64,000 bases of DNA from positions 68,127,287 to 68,191,286 of the forward strand of contig NC_068981.1 in NCBI RefSeq assembly GCF_001194135.2, written 5' to 3'. This document shows positions 26,100 to 38,668 of the stretch, piece by piece; position 1 is the first letter of the stretch, and each line of letters starts with the position of its first letter. The stretch is from Octopus bimaculoides (Eukaryota). The notes under the pieces are model-generated. The model was given only the letters and a program-made list of their open reading frames with translations. It was not told the origin of the DNA and searched no databases. The position numbers were made by a program, and so were the translations under genes.

Positions 26100-26512
26100 A
26101 ACTATTTGGGAAGTGAGGATACGGGAAAGTCGATTAGATGGAAGCCAGTACGCAACCGGTGCTTAATTTCTCGACCTCGAAAAGATGAAATTCAAAATTG
26201 ACCTTGGCGGAATTTGAAGTCAGAACGTAAGGACAAACGAAATACCGCTAAGCGTTTCGCCCGGCATGCTAACGTTTCTTATTTCTTTATTCCCACAAGG
26301 GGCTAAACATAGAGGCGACAAAGAAGGACAGGCAAAGGGATTAAGTCTATTAGGTCAACCACAGTGCCTTACTGGTACTTAATTTATCGACCCCGAAAGG
26401 ATGAAATGCAAAGTCGACTTCGGCGGAATTTGAACTCAGATCGTAACGGCAGACGAAATGTCGCGAAGCATTTCGCCCGGCGTGCACACGTTTTTGCCAG
26501 GTCGCCGCCTTA
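26100..26512 (+). mobile_element. Two tandem copies of the ~200-bp SINE-like repeat
   Basis: The core (tcgac.ccgaaa.gatgaaa..caaa.t.gac.t.ggcggaatttgaa.tcaga...gacgaaat..cgc.aagc.tttcgcccggc.tgc) occurs twice. The second copy has the tatttcttta..cccacaagggg head also seen at 52081. Confidence 0.75.
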
Positions 26513-27384
26513 CTTCGTGTATAGCAATGTTATCATGGACATGGTTTTGAATGTTCTTTTATGAAGGTAGTACATATTGTGGTGTTCGTTACATTTTCAA
26601 ATACATCCCTTATGTATTTTGCTTACAACTGATTCACTAATGTTTATTTGCATATTGGTTATCGCTGCCTTGTATTTCAGGTTTTTGCTTTCTAAAATAG
26701 TTTTTTGGTAACGAAGTGCGTTAGTTGAGTGTTGAATCAAACCTCCTTCGAGACAAACATGAGATCTCTTGACGAAAATGTTTACTTCTTTTGAGTAAGG
26801 TATCTTTCGCCCGACGATTAACTAGCAGATTATCCCGCGTTTGGGTAATTGCTATTTCCGAGGTTGTGCTAGCTATGAAACTCATATAGCCTGGATTTTA
26901 TCTACTTTAACCCACTAATATATATGAGATAATGGAGTTGAAAGATGATTATTTATTAATGAAATGATACTTCATACTTCCTACAGCTGTTTAAATTGCG
27001 TCTATTTAATAAATTACAAATTTGTTGTTTAAATTTGCATTTTTAAGTAATAAACACTATATTACCACGAAAAAATATATTTAGAAAAAATTACTTTACT
27101 TAAAACAGAAAACAAAATAACTCGCCTTCATAGAGCAAAATAACATATAGTAATAAATTATATAATATACTATTCATATAATATCTCCTAACATTTAGGA
27201 GATCTGTGACCTATTGATATAACAGAATAGAGTTATTGAAAATGTCTAGTAATCATATCTATAAGCAATGATTGAAATTACTGTTAATTACACCAGTTTT
27301 TATACATAATATATTCGACTTTATTACCTGTAATTAAAAACTAATATTATAACAATATCCTAAACAATGCCGAAGGTGCAACGT

Positions 27385-27481
27385 CGTGGCACCTTGAGCA
27401 AGTGTCTTCTACTTTAGCCTCGGGCCGACCAAAGCCTTGTGAGTGGATTTGGTAGACGGAAACTGAAAGAAGCCCGTCCTA

Positions 27482-27516
<35 letters not shown>
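27385..27516 (+). mobile_element. Young partial copy of the major tRNA-derived SINE
   Basis: cgtggcaccttgagcaagtgtcttctactttagcctcgggccgaccaaagccttgtgagtggatttggtagacggaaactgaaagaagcccgtc plus (TA)n is colinear with the full copy at 57265-57687 (-). The ccttg.gcaagt segment recalls the start of the CORE domain (from memory). Confidence 0.75.
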
Positions 27517-28173
27517 NNNNNNNNNNAACAAAACAGTATTCTGCATTTATACTAACTGAATATTAATAATTTTTACTTTATATTAACATATTTTTCACCT
27601 ATTATCTTACGTTAATATTAATTTTAAGTCATTATTAGCGATATTCAATAATTGGATAATAATATAGATGAACCTAAATCCCATATGTTGACAATACCTC
27701 GAAATTCTCTCTATAAACTACATTTATGATGTCGTAATGCTCTATACTTCTATCTATCCAGAATGTAAGCAAATAATATATTCACCGTGGTGATTATATG
27801 TTAGAGGCTTATTATTTCATGTAGATGTATTTAATAGAAGGATTAATTTAACAATGCTTAAATATAAATAAATACTAACGAAATAAAGGTTATAATGCGT
27901 ATATGTGTATATGAACCTATGCCCCACGTACATTTATATCACCGAAATAAGCAAGAGAATATCAAGCAGTGATGCAGTGCAACAGTTTCAAGCGCCCCCA
28001 TTCAATTGAACAATGCAATCATTACATCAACTTAAATGTAGTGCTATCTTCAACTCCATAAATAAATTAATAGAATTTTAACTGGTAGGGCATATTAATA
28101 TAATTTTTCTCAAATATTTTAACAGAGAAAGATGGAAGAAATTCATGTTGCCGCTATTGCAGCTAAGAATTGA

Positions 28174-28250
28174 CTCTCTCGCTCTCTCTCTCTCTCTCTC
28201 TCACTCTCTCCATTTCTCTCTCTCTCTCTCGCTTTCTCTCTCCTTCTCTC

Positions 28251-28290
<40 letters not shown>
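28174..28290. repeat. (CT)n microsatellite running into an N-gap
   Basis: Seen directly. Confidence 0.95.
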
Positions 28291-31200
28291 NNNNNNNNNN
28301 NNNNNNNNNNNNNNNNNNNNNNNNNNNNNNNNNNNNNNNNNNNNNNNNNNNNNNNNNNNNNNNNNNNNNNNNNNNNNNNNNNNNNNNNNNNNNNNNNNNN
28401 NNNNNNNNNNNNNNNNNNNNNNNNNNNNNNNNNNNNNNNNNNNNNNNNNNNNNNNNNNNNNNNNNNNNNNNNNNNNNNNNNNNNNNNNNNNNNNNNNNNN
28501 NNNNNNNNNNNNNNNNNNNNNNNNNNNNNNNNNNNNNNNNNNNNNNNNNNNNNNNNNNNNNNNNNNNNNNNNNNNNNNNNNNNNNNNNNNNNNNNNNNNN
28601 NNNNNNNNNNNNNNNNNNNNNNNNNNNNNNNNNNNNNNNNNNNNNNNNNNNNNNNNNNNNNNNNNNNNNNNNNNNNNNNNNNNNNNNNNNNNNNNNNNNN
28701 NNNNNNNNNNNNNNNNNNNNNNNNNNNNNNNNNNNNNNNNNNNNNNNNNNNNNNNNNNNNNNNNNNNNNNNNNNNNNNNNNNNNNNNNNNNNNNNNNNNN
28801 NNNNNNNNNNNNNNNNNNNNNNNNNNNNNNNNNNNNNNNNNNNNNNNNNNNNNNNNNNNNNNNNNNNNNNNNNNNNNNNNNNNNNNNNNNNNNNNNNNNN
28901 NNNNNNNNNNNNNNNNNNNNNNNNNNNNNNNNNNNNNNNNNNNNNNNNNNNNNNNNNNNNNNNNNNNNNNNNNNNNNNNNNNNNNNNNNNNNNNNNNNNN
29001 NNNNNNNNNNNNNNNNNNNNNNNNNNNNNNNNNNNNNNNNNNNNNNNNNNNNNNNNNNNNNNNNNNNNNNNNNNNNNNNNNNNNNNNNNNNNNNNNNNNN
29101 NNNNNNNNNNNNNNNNNNNNNNNNNTATATATATATATATATATACCGAATGTGAGGGAGGGACGCGGAGACGGATAATAAACAGAGATAGATAAGTATA
29201 TAGATAGATAAACAGACAGGTAGATTAATGTATATAAGAATAAAAGCGTGTATGTAGAATGAAATATTTATTGCATTAAAGATAAGAAAATTATATATAT
29301 GAGCTGTTTCTACGTGTCCGCATGTGTGTATGTTTAAACAGGTTGCCATCAAGAAGAAAAAGAAGACGAAGGAGAGAGAGTGAGAGAGAGAAATATATGA
29401 ATTTGTATTAAAATGCAAAAATGATGCCATTTTCGCATGATCTCCACTCTTACATTTAATAGTTCTTACTACGTAAATGACAAGTTCATATAATAAATTA
29501 CAATTGTCCAACAATTGCAGCTGTAACAACATTCTCAAGCTTGTAATGTATACGTTAATTTGCATGGTTGAATTTCAATTATAATTAGGTTATAGTGAAA
29601 GTTTCTCGGAGAGGCCTATCTGTCTATGAGATAAGTAAAACAACCACGTAATTTACATGCGGTGTCAGAAGATCAGGTATGATGATTTAAGTACATATAG
29701 ATCTATGAAACTGAGACAACTGCTGATTTCCAGATCATGTATATGTATATGTGCATATACATTTACATATATGCGTATACATATATATATATATATATAT
29801 ANNNNNNNNNNNNNNNNNNNNNNNNNNNNNNNNNNNNNNNNNNNNNNNNNNNNNNNNNNNNNNNNNNNNNNNNNNNNNNNNNNNNNNNNNNNNNNNNNNN
29901 NNNNNNNNNNNNNNNNNNNNNNNNNNNNNNNNNNNNNNNNNNNNNNNNNNNNNNNNNNNNNNNNNNNNNNNNNNNNNNNNNNNNNNNNNNNNNNNNNNNN
30001 NNNNNNNNNNNNNNNNNNNNNNNNNNNNNNNNNNNNNNNNNNNNNNNNNNNNNNNNNNNNNNNNNNNNNNNNNNNNNNNNNNNNNNNNNNNNNNNNNNNN
30101 NNNNNNNNNNNNNNNNNNNNNNNNNNNNNNNNNNNNNNNNNNNNNNNNNNNNNNNNNNNNNNNNNNNNNNNNNNNNNNNNNNNNNNNNNNNNNNNNNNNN
30201 NNNNNNNNNNNNNNNNNNNNNNNNNNNNNNNNNNNNNNNNNNNNNNNNNNNNNNNNNNNNNNNNNNNNNNNNNNNNNNNNNNNNNNNNNNNNNNNNNNNN
30301 NNNNNNNNNNNNNNNNNNNNNNNNNNNNNNNNNNNNNNNNNNNNNNNNNNNNNNNNNNNNNNNNNNNNNNNNNNNNNNNNNNNNNNNNNNNNNNNNNNNN
30401 NNNNNNNNNNNNNNNNNNNNNNNNNNNNNNNNNNNNNNNNNNNNNNNNNTATATATATATATATATATGTTAATGACACCAAAACAGATGCGTTGTGGAA
30501 AGCCCACTAAACTAGGCTATTCGAATGAAGAAAGCCTTCTAATAACGTCCCATCGCGTTGAAAAAAGAAAAAAAAACGAAATGTATCACTGGCATTTGGA
30601 AATAATACACCAGAGATGATGTCATTGTGGAATACATAATTATGCTTCTTTGAGACTTGCCAGTTGCCAGTTTCCACTGGCACCGCATGCAAACAATATG
30701 TGCCCCCCCCCCGCTTCTATAGTTAAGCAGTGAATAAATAATCAATGACACCGCATTTAGCTGGCAGACTGAAAAAACGTTCATTATCTCCGACTGAAAC
30801 AGTATTTCTTCAAAATAGCGGTGTGTGTATCATACCTAAAGCACATATGGGAGCCTGTTACAGGTGTAGGCTAACAATCTCTCATAGTCGTATAGAATCG
30901 AAGAGTAACTTCTTTTATTGATGTGTAATCACCGAGACATTTTCCAATATGCAGGGAATCAACGTCATTTTCATTGTCACCATAATCATCTTATCTGTTT
31001 TGAGGGATTGTGCATCAACGATCATATAATTCAAAGTGTTCATGTTATGTGGGAAACTTTTCCTCTTCTTCTTAACAAATAGAATAATAAGACAGAGATT
31101 CTTCGTTTGATATTAAAGAGTATTCTTGTATAATTTTGTCATATATGAAATTTCAATCTTGCGCTGATTTCTGAAATGCATTAAAAGAAACTGCGCTTTA

Positions 31201-32149
31201 AGTGTTATTTTAGATATATGGTATCTAAATGTATTTCAAATAGAAAACACGCATCTGCATACTGCTGTATATGCATTACATTTGGACAATATACGTGATG
31301 GAAATAACATTTAATCGTGTCAAAAGAACCAAATAATGTAAACGATACTTATACAGTTACAAAAATAGGTAGCAGACACTTAATAAAATCTAAGCATTCA
31401 ACTTTGAGTTTATATGCCCACAAACGGTATTCTCATTTCGATTGAACTTAATGTATATTCAATTTTATATAAAGTTTCCAAGAAGCGGATTGTAAAGAAA
31501 GTTATAAAAACATTAAATATAAGATCAAAGCGACAATTATATCAAATATATGCAAGAAAGCTACAAATATACTAACCATACTTGATACTAATACAAACAA
31601 TAATTCTAAGAATTTCAATATGTCACATCTGTTCGCTTTTATGTGGAGATGCTTAGAAGATATTTCTATCTGTGTTTCATTGTATGGAAATAGTTTTGTA
31701 TAATTAATTTCACTGCATTGGAAATTTCTCCGAAGGTGGAAACAAGATGTTCTGACGCTTAGACTTATCTCAAACACACTGGAAATATAATTGAATTGTT
31801 ACATGAAGCAGTAACCTAAACTATGTCCTTAGTTACAATGCTATATAAATATAACATAATGATGAAAATATGAAAGTTGAATATAACAATGACAGGGATA
31901 AAATAACGACGATGTCAATGATGATGATGACGAACTGACTAAAATTCATCATAATGGTGGTGATAGGCTTGGATGTAGTAGCGGTGAGATGTATATAATG
32001 GTAGCGCACAAGTGATGGTATTGGTCGATAGAGCTGTAGCTAAGCAAAACGAATTTTAAAAGGCTTATACACACATACAAACCCACAAACACGCACCCCC
32101 CCACACACATGTCTATATCTATCTATCTATCTATCTATCTATCTAATGT

Positions 32150-32345
32150 TTTCCCTGTTTCAGACTGCGGCCATGCGCGGGCAACGTTTTGTAGAATTTT
32201 ATTAGAATGAATCGACCCAAGTATTCTTTTTAACGCCTGGAACTAATTCTATCAACCCTTTCGCAGAAAAATTAAGTTACACGGACGTAAACACACTAAC
32301 ACCGGTTCTCGAGAGATGGTGGAATAAACACAAACACAAAGACAC
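32150..32345 (-). mobile_element. 3' half of the major SINE, diverged
   Basis: Reverse complement resembles 35060-35255 (gactgcggccatg, tcgaccc, attctatc, acgtaaacacac, aaacacaaagacac). Confidence 0.6.
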
Positions 32346-32589
32346 TCAGAATTATACATACATACACATGTATATATTTATATATATGTNNNNNNNNNNN
32401 NNNNNNNNNNNNNNNNNNNNNNNNNNNNNNNNNNNNNNNNNNNNNNNNNNNNNNNNNNNNNNNNNNNNNNNNNNNNNNNNNNNNNNNNNNNNNNNNNNNN
32501 NNNNNNNNNNNNNNNNNNNNNNNNNNNNNNNNNNNNNNNNNNNNNNNNNNNNNNNNNNNNNNNNNNNNNNNNNNNNNNNNNNNNNNNNN

Positions 32590-32651
<62 letters not shown>

Positions 32652-32765
32652 CCCACCTTATTGAAGAGTGTATATTCTATTTAGTCGTGTTTGTTCGTTT
32701 GTTTGTCTGTGAACAAAATATCTCAACAACCGCTGGATGGATTCGGATGAAACTTTCAGTGATGT

Positions 32766-34365
32766 TTCGTCTTGTGACCGGCACGAGCTGTTTCCAATGT
32801 AGCACTTCGCCACTTGGTCGTGTCGCCACAACATGAGTGGTTTTGGGTAAGTCTAGGGCATTCGTTCGTGATATGGGCAATGGTCTCATGCACTCTATTG
32901 CAGATGCGGCACAGCGGAGACAATTGCACATTCTTCAGTTTGACCTTCTAATTTGTGGACAGATTTTGGTCCTGCGCTGCTAGTGTAGTGCTCTCTGTCT
33001 CTTTTTTGGGTGTTCATTTCATTAGCTAATCCTACCTATTTTTCCAGCAACTTCCGGTATGGTTCCCTGGAATTGATTGTGTACTCTCTTCTTGCGTAAT
33101 CCTTCTTCATCTACTTCTGCTCCTTCCTTTGTTTTCCCTTTTTTCCTTGCTCTCAATATTTTCTCGTTCCTAACTGTCACAAGCAAGGTTTCCTTACTTT
33201 CGGCTAAGTTTCTCATTAAGCTCTTGAGTTCGATACGCACGCAATCGCCTACACGTATCAGTCCCCTTCCTCCATTTGCTCTCTCAGTGTCAACACGATC
33301 AATGTCTAGAACAGTGTCTAGATAACGTGATGGTCTCCATGCATCATTAGGAGCGGTCTTAACTTCCTGTCCATCTAATTTAGCTCCTCGTCTGTCCACT
33401 TCAGGATTTCAGCGCCTTACCGAACTACTGTGACTGCGCGCGAATGTATTGCCGAAATGATGCTTTGAAACCAAGATTTTTCTCATTCACCGCAGATACT
33501 CTCCTCTTGTCTTCAATCGATGGTGTTTGATTCCATCTGCCTCAAGTATTCCTAGGTATTTATAACTAGATTGAGGTTGAATTGCCTTCATCATTTCACC
33601 ACTTGGCAAACATATGCCTTCTGTCCTGGCAAGCTTTCCTCATCTTATTACCATTGTAGCAAATTATAAACTCCGTCTTAATATCATTGGAAAAATCCGC
33701 ACAGAGTGGACTAGGGTTCCAGTTTGCCTCAGTATTTCTGAATAGCTTGAGGTCGGCCATATAATTGCGAGTGGTCCAGTTTTCGCTTACCTCTTCCTAG
33801 ATCATACTCCAAATTTATTTTCTGTAGTATTTCACTCAAGGGGATCATTCCCAACACGAATATCAATGGAGGCACACTGCCTCTCTGGAGGATTCCTCTC
33901 TTGATCTTCAGCTCTCTAAGTACTTGCTTCTCTGCTATCAATTCCATTCTCCAGTATTTCATGCTGTTCTGTATAAGGCTTCTCATATTCTCTGCTACTC
34001 CATACATTTCCCTTGTTCTTATATTCCAGGAGTGTGAAATTTGAAATTATATCGTATGCTTTGAGATAGTCAAACCGCATCATCTTCATGTTTGAATGTA
34101 TTCTTTTGCAGTTAATGATAATTAAATTATCAATTAATAGCTGATCCTTCGTTCCCTGCCTCCTTTTTCGGCACCCTTTCTGTTCAATGGGGAGCAGGCC
34201 ACTTTTTACCTAGTATCTGTACAGTTCACCAGCCAAAGCACCTGACATTAGTTTCCACATTAGAGGAAGGCATGTTATTGGTCTAAAGTTGAACGCAACA
34301 TTTCCCTTTTCAGGTTCCTTGGAACATAACAATGCCTTTCCCTACTGTCATCCAGCTGCGTACTG
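32766..34365 (-). mobile_element. R4/Dong-clade LINE fragment (RT through CCHC knuckle)
   Basis: FRPITCLPLMWKLMSG, GILQRGSVPPLIFVLGMIPLSEIL, YKYLGILE, GGRGLIRVGDCV and SPLCRICNRVHETIAHITNECP (CCHC). The 5' junction abuts (TAA)n at 34370-34382. Confidence 0.85.
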
Positions 34366-34382
34366 TGCTCATTATTATTATT

Positions 34383-34605
34383 CGGTGAGAGAGAAGCACA
34401 TGCCATCAAACTGACACTGGGCTAAAAATATACTAAACCCAATATGCCCATCATGACAAGCCATCTGATAAGGGTACGCTGCACGTGCATCACAACTACA
34501 TGAGCGCGATACGGTCATGTGACATCATGATAAACAGCGCGTGACCTTGCTGCGGGGCCCAGTTAGAATTTTTTTCGAGTTGAGTAGGCCATCCCGCTTA
34601 AACAT
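34383..34605 (-). mobile_element. Short (TAA)-tailed repeat of a further family
   Basis: Its 3' end (gtatatttt.agcccagtgtca.tttgatggcat...ctctctc.c..aataat) recurs as a ~50-bp fragment at 62355-62404 (-), also attached to a TAA-type microsatellite. Confidence 0.45.
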
Positions 34606-34608
34606 CCC

Positions 34609-34640
<32 letters not shown>

Positions 34641-34968
34641 GTAGTAGTAGTAGTAGTAGTAACACTAATGGCGATAAATATGTGATTGCGTAATATATTT
34701 TAAAGCTATAAGCTTCGATTCTGAGACTTGAAATAACTATAGAAAAATCTCTTTTACTCTGTTACTCATAGCTGCTAGTATATACANNNNNNNNNNNNNN
34801 NNNNNNNNNNNNNNNNNNNNNNNNNNNNNNNNNNNNNNNNNNNNNNNNNNNNNNNNNNNNNNNNNNNNNNNNNNNNNNNNNNNNNNNNNNNNNNNNNNNN
34901 NNNNNNNNNNNNNNNNNNNNNNNNNNNNNNNNNNNNNNNNNNNNNNNNNNNNNNNNNNNNNNNNNNNN

Positions 34969-35002
34969 TATATATTTGTGTGTGTGTGTGTGTATGTTTG
35001 TA

Positions 35003-35035
<33 letters not shown>

Positions 35036-35260
35036 GTGTTTGTGTGTGTGTGTTTGTGTGTCTGTGTTTGTCCACCAAACATCGCTTGACAACCGATGGT
35101 GGTGTGTTTACGTCTCTGTCGCTTAGCGGTTCGACAAAAGAGACCGATAGAATAAGTACTTCGCTTCCAAAGAATAGGACCTGGGGTCGATTTGCTCAAC
35201 TAATGGCGGTACCCCACCATGGCCGCAATCAAATGACTGAAATAAGTAAAAGAGTAATGC
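34969..35260 (+). mobile_element. 3' half of the major SINE (young)
   Basis: (TG)n followed by tttgtccaccaaacatcgcttgacaaccgatggtggtgtgtttacgtc...gagaccgatagaataagtact...ctggggtcgatttgctc...atggccgcaatcaaatgactgaaataagtaaaagag. Confidence 0.75.
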
Positions 35261-35264
35261 TTGA

Positions 35265-37532
35265 TCTTATGCATCTACTAACAAACTGTCTGCCTCCCTC
35301 TTCAGCTTTCCTTTCTGCAGCCATAACCATGTCTCACTACTACTATTTCCTGAAACTGTCTTTTGTAATCTACCATTTAACGCCTTCCTCTACCAGTCAG
35401 ATAATTTCTGTTCTTTTTTCTGATTTTAAAGTTTGTTTGGTATTCTTGCTTTGACTCTAGCAGTTTTAATAAAATCTTTTCACTATTAACTACATAGAAG
35501 TCTATATGTAATATAGCTAACTCCACGCAGTTTTTTACTTTTATTAACCCTTTTCCACCTTCTTGTCCAAGTAGCTATAACATTGTTACTCCTGCCCCGG
35601 GGTGGAGTCCTTCATTCATATTGAATTTCTTCCTATTTCTACTGTCTCGCTTTTCTAATACAGTTTTGCCCAATGTACAAATGCTACTGAGTATGTATAT
35701 AATGATACTGCCGAAGTATTTACAGCCAGGAGTGGATTCTTTAGCTTTGACTTCATTAGCTTCCTAACCCTTCTGATGTACACTTTCTCAATTTTCGTTT
35801 TCATTTCAGCAGTTAGTACTCTGTCAGAGTCTAATACTACTAGTTACTTATAACTCTCTCCACCTTTCAATGATTTAAGTGTCTGGCCATCTGGTAAATG
35901 GATGCCTTTGCTGTTGACTACCTGTCCCCTTCTCATGACTAATATTGCACACTTGTTTATGCCAAATTCCATGCCAATATTTTGGCTGAAGTGTCCTCCA
36001 TTCTGTATTAATGAATCTGTCACTTCTTCATTTTTACTAAAGAGCTTCAGATCATTCATGTATTTTTTCCAGTAGAACCTCTGAACTGATACCCTGCCTT
36101 TGCCTTCCTTAATACTAAACTGAGGGTGGTCAAACATAAGACAAATATTAAATGGGATAGCGAGTCCCTCTGGAAAATTCCGCTTTTGATATTAATTTTC
36201 CCTAAGAGTATGTCGCCTGAGTAGAGATCTACTTCCTATTTCTTCATGCTGAACCTACTTAATTCCCTTATGTTTTCTGCTATACTGAATAAACCCAAAC
36301 ATTCACTTATCGATGAGTGTGGGAAAATGTCATATAATATGTCCAGGCTATCGTTAGAATTTTCTTTCAAGCTTTTATTTCATTTAGAACTATTTTGCCT
36401 ATAAATAATAGCTCATGTATTCCTCTAGTCTTCTTCCTGCTTCCTTTCTGGTAGTAAATTTGGGCTGACAAGGTGTTCATAAATACTTTCTGAAAGCATT
36501 CCTGCTAACAGCTTCCACACTAATGCTAAGCAAGTGATTGGTCTATAGCGGCTAGCTGTATTACCTTTGCTCTTATCCATCGTAATGTGTATTGACCTCC
36601 CTCTAATCCTCCAATCTCGTATTATTCCTCCAAGGCAAGCCTAAATTTGTTCCCTCAGCCACCCATGTAAACTACCGAATTTCTTTACCCAGTACCCTTG
36701 AAGTAAATATGATATTGGGCCCCCCCCCCCAGTTCGGCATATTTCCTAATATCTTGCGCATTAATACACCAGTTAATCTTAGATCTCGATGCTTCACACT
36801 CACTACTTCTTGCCTCACTTTCTTTAACCATACTACATCTTCATTTTGACTGACCGGTTTGTCCCAAATATTACTCCAGAACATTCTAGATTCCTCTGCA
36901 TTAGGTTTCTCATCTTCAGTACTTAGTTCTCCACTATTTATTTGCTTATAAAATCGCTTCTGGTCTTTCTGAAATAATCTACTCTGTCGATACTGATCTA
37001 TTGTTTTCTGTAGAGCTTGCCTGGTACAGCTATGATACGCCGTTTGAACCTTCTATTATTGGCCCAAATCCTTTCCTTTTAATTTAATATCTTTCCTCGA
37101 GGCAAGATTTGCATCTTGTGTTTCCTAACTTCTTTGTTTTCCAAACATCTACTCAACTCAAAACTTGTCTTAAAATCTTCACTTTTTTTTGTAGTCTCCT
37201 TTTCCACATTTTCTCTTTTGTAACCTCTCCCTGTGAGATATCTAATCTTCCGGTAACTATTACTCCTCCTGCATAGATCAATAAGTTAGTCTTCAATATT
37301 TTTAGCATCTGTCCTACTGGTAACAGAATCTACTTTCCTATTTATTTCTTGTACCTTCCTTCTGTTGGTGCATTTTTATGCTGGCAGTATATTTCTTACT
37401 TTTTTACACATTACTTCCTGCAACTCATATAAAATCTTCTGATCTTCCTCTTAAATCCCTTAAGTCGTTGGTGCCAGATGTCCTTCCTCATTGGTAGTTC
37501 CACTATGATTGTTTCCCTTAGGTTCGTCTTTG
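35265..37532 (-). mobile_element. R4/Dong-clade LINE, ~2.3-kb decayed copy
   Basis: TNLLIYAGGVIVTGRL, FWSNIWDKPVSQNEDVVWLKKV, YRPITCL, YMNDLKLFSKN, IGMEFGINKCAILVMRRG and ETWLWLQKGKLKREADSLLVDA*DQAL. The 5' junction abuts (TAA)n at 37533. Confidence 0.85.
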
Positions 37533-37596
<64 letters not shown>

Positions 37597-37601
<5 letters not shown>

Positions 37602-38395
37602 TAGTTTTATTTTTATAACGTGCTTTCACTTCACTACCGAGCGCAGCTCTGTGCGCCTTGGGTATGTGCTGTTGTTTGCTGTGGTGCTCTTATGGTTACT
37701 GTATTGAAAGTGTTTTGCGTAGGATGTGTGCAGTGCCCAGTGGTGCAATTTTCTGTATGTTATATATATTTGTAAGTCCTGGTGTTTTTGTTATGTATTT
37801 GTCTGAATATTTTTGTATTATACCTAAGACACCTACTATACTNNNNNNNNNNNNNNNNNNNNNNNNNNNNNNNNNNNNNNNNNNNNNNNNNNNNNNNNNN
37901 NNNNNNNNNNNNNNNNNNNNNNNNNNNNNNNNNNNNNNNNNNNNNNNNNNNNNNNNNNNNNNNNNNNNNNNNNNNNNNNNNNNNNNNNNNNNNNNNNNNN
38001 NNNNNNNNNNNNNNNNNNNNNNNNNNNNNNNNNNNNNNNNNNNNNNNNNNNNNNNNNNNNNNNNNNNNNNNNNNNNNNNNNNNNNNNNNNNNNNNNNNNN
38101 NNATGATATTTGACAACTATATTTGCTCTATTTGACTTAATTTCTTTATCTGTGTGTATTGGCATATCCCAGAGTATGGTTGTTTTCTCGTTCTCTGTGA
38201 CCTTTTCTGGCGTGTGTTTATACCATCTTTTTTCTTTTGTTATTCCATAGTGTTGGCATAGCTTCCATTGTATATAGGTCCCAGCTCTGCCGTGTCTGTG
38301 AATATATTCCTTCTTAGCCAGGACTGGGCAGCCAGATATAAAATGATTTATTGTTTCTTGTCCATATCCACATATTCTAGTTACTTGTTATGTTT
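37597..38395 (-). mobile_element. R4/Dong-clade LINE 3' end (knuckle, REL, 3' UTR, TAA tail), interrupted by an N-gap
   Basis: TRICGYGQETINHFISGCPVLAKKEYIHRH...WKLCQHYG...TILWDMPIHTDKEIKSNRANIVVK...IQKIAPLGTAHILRKTLSIQ*. It is flanked on both sides by (TAA)n (37533-37596 and 38402-38455). Confidence 0.9.
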
Positions 38396-38399
38396 CTTT

Positions 38400-38455
<56 letters not shown>

Positions 38456-38613
38456 TGGCTGTATAACAATCTTAACGTATGTGTGTCATTGAAAAGACAG
38501 AAACCGCTGCTCGCCGACGGCGAATATTTCTTTATAATGTAATTCACAAACCCATATATGTATACATATTATATCTGATACCTGTTTGTGCTTATGTCTG
38601 TGTGTATGCGTGT

Positions 38614-38668
<55 letters not shown>

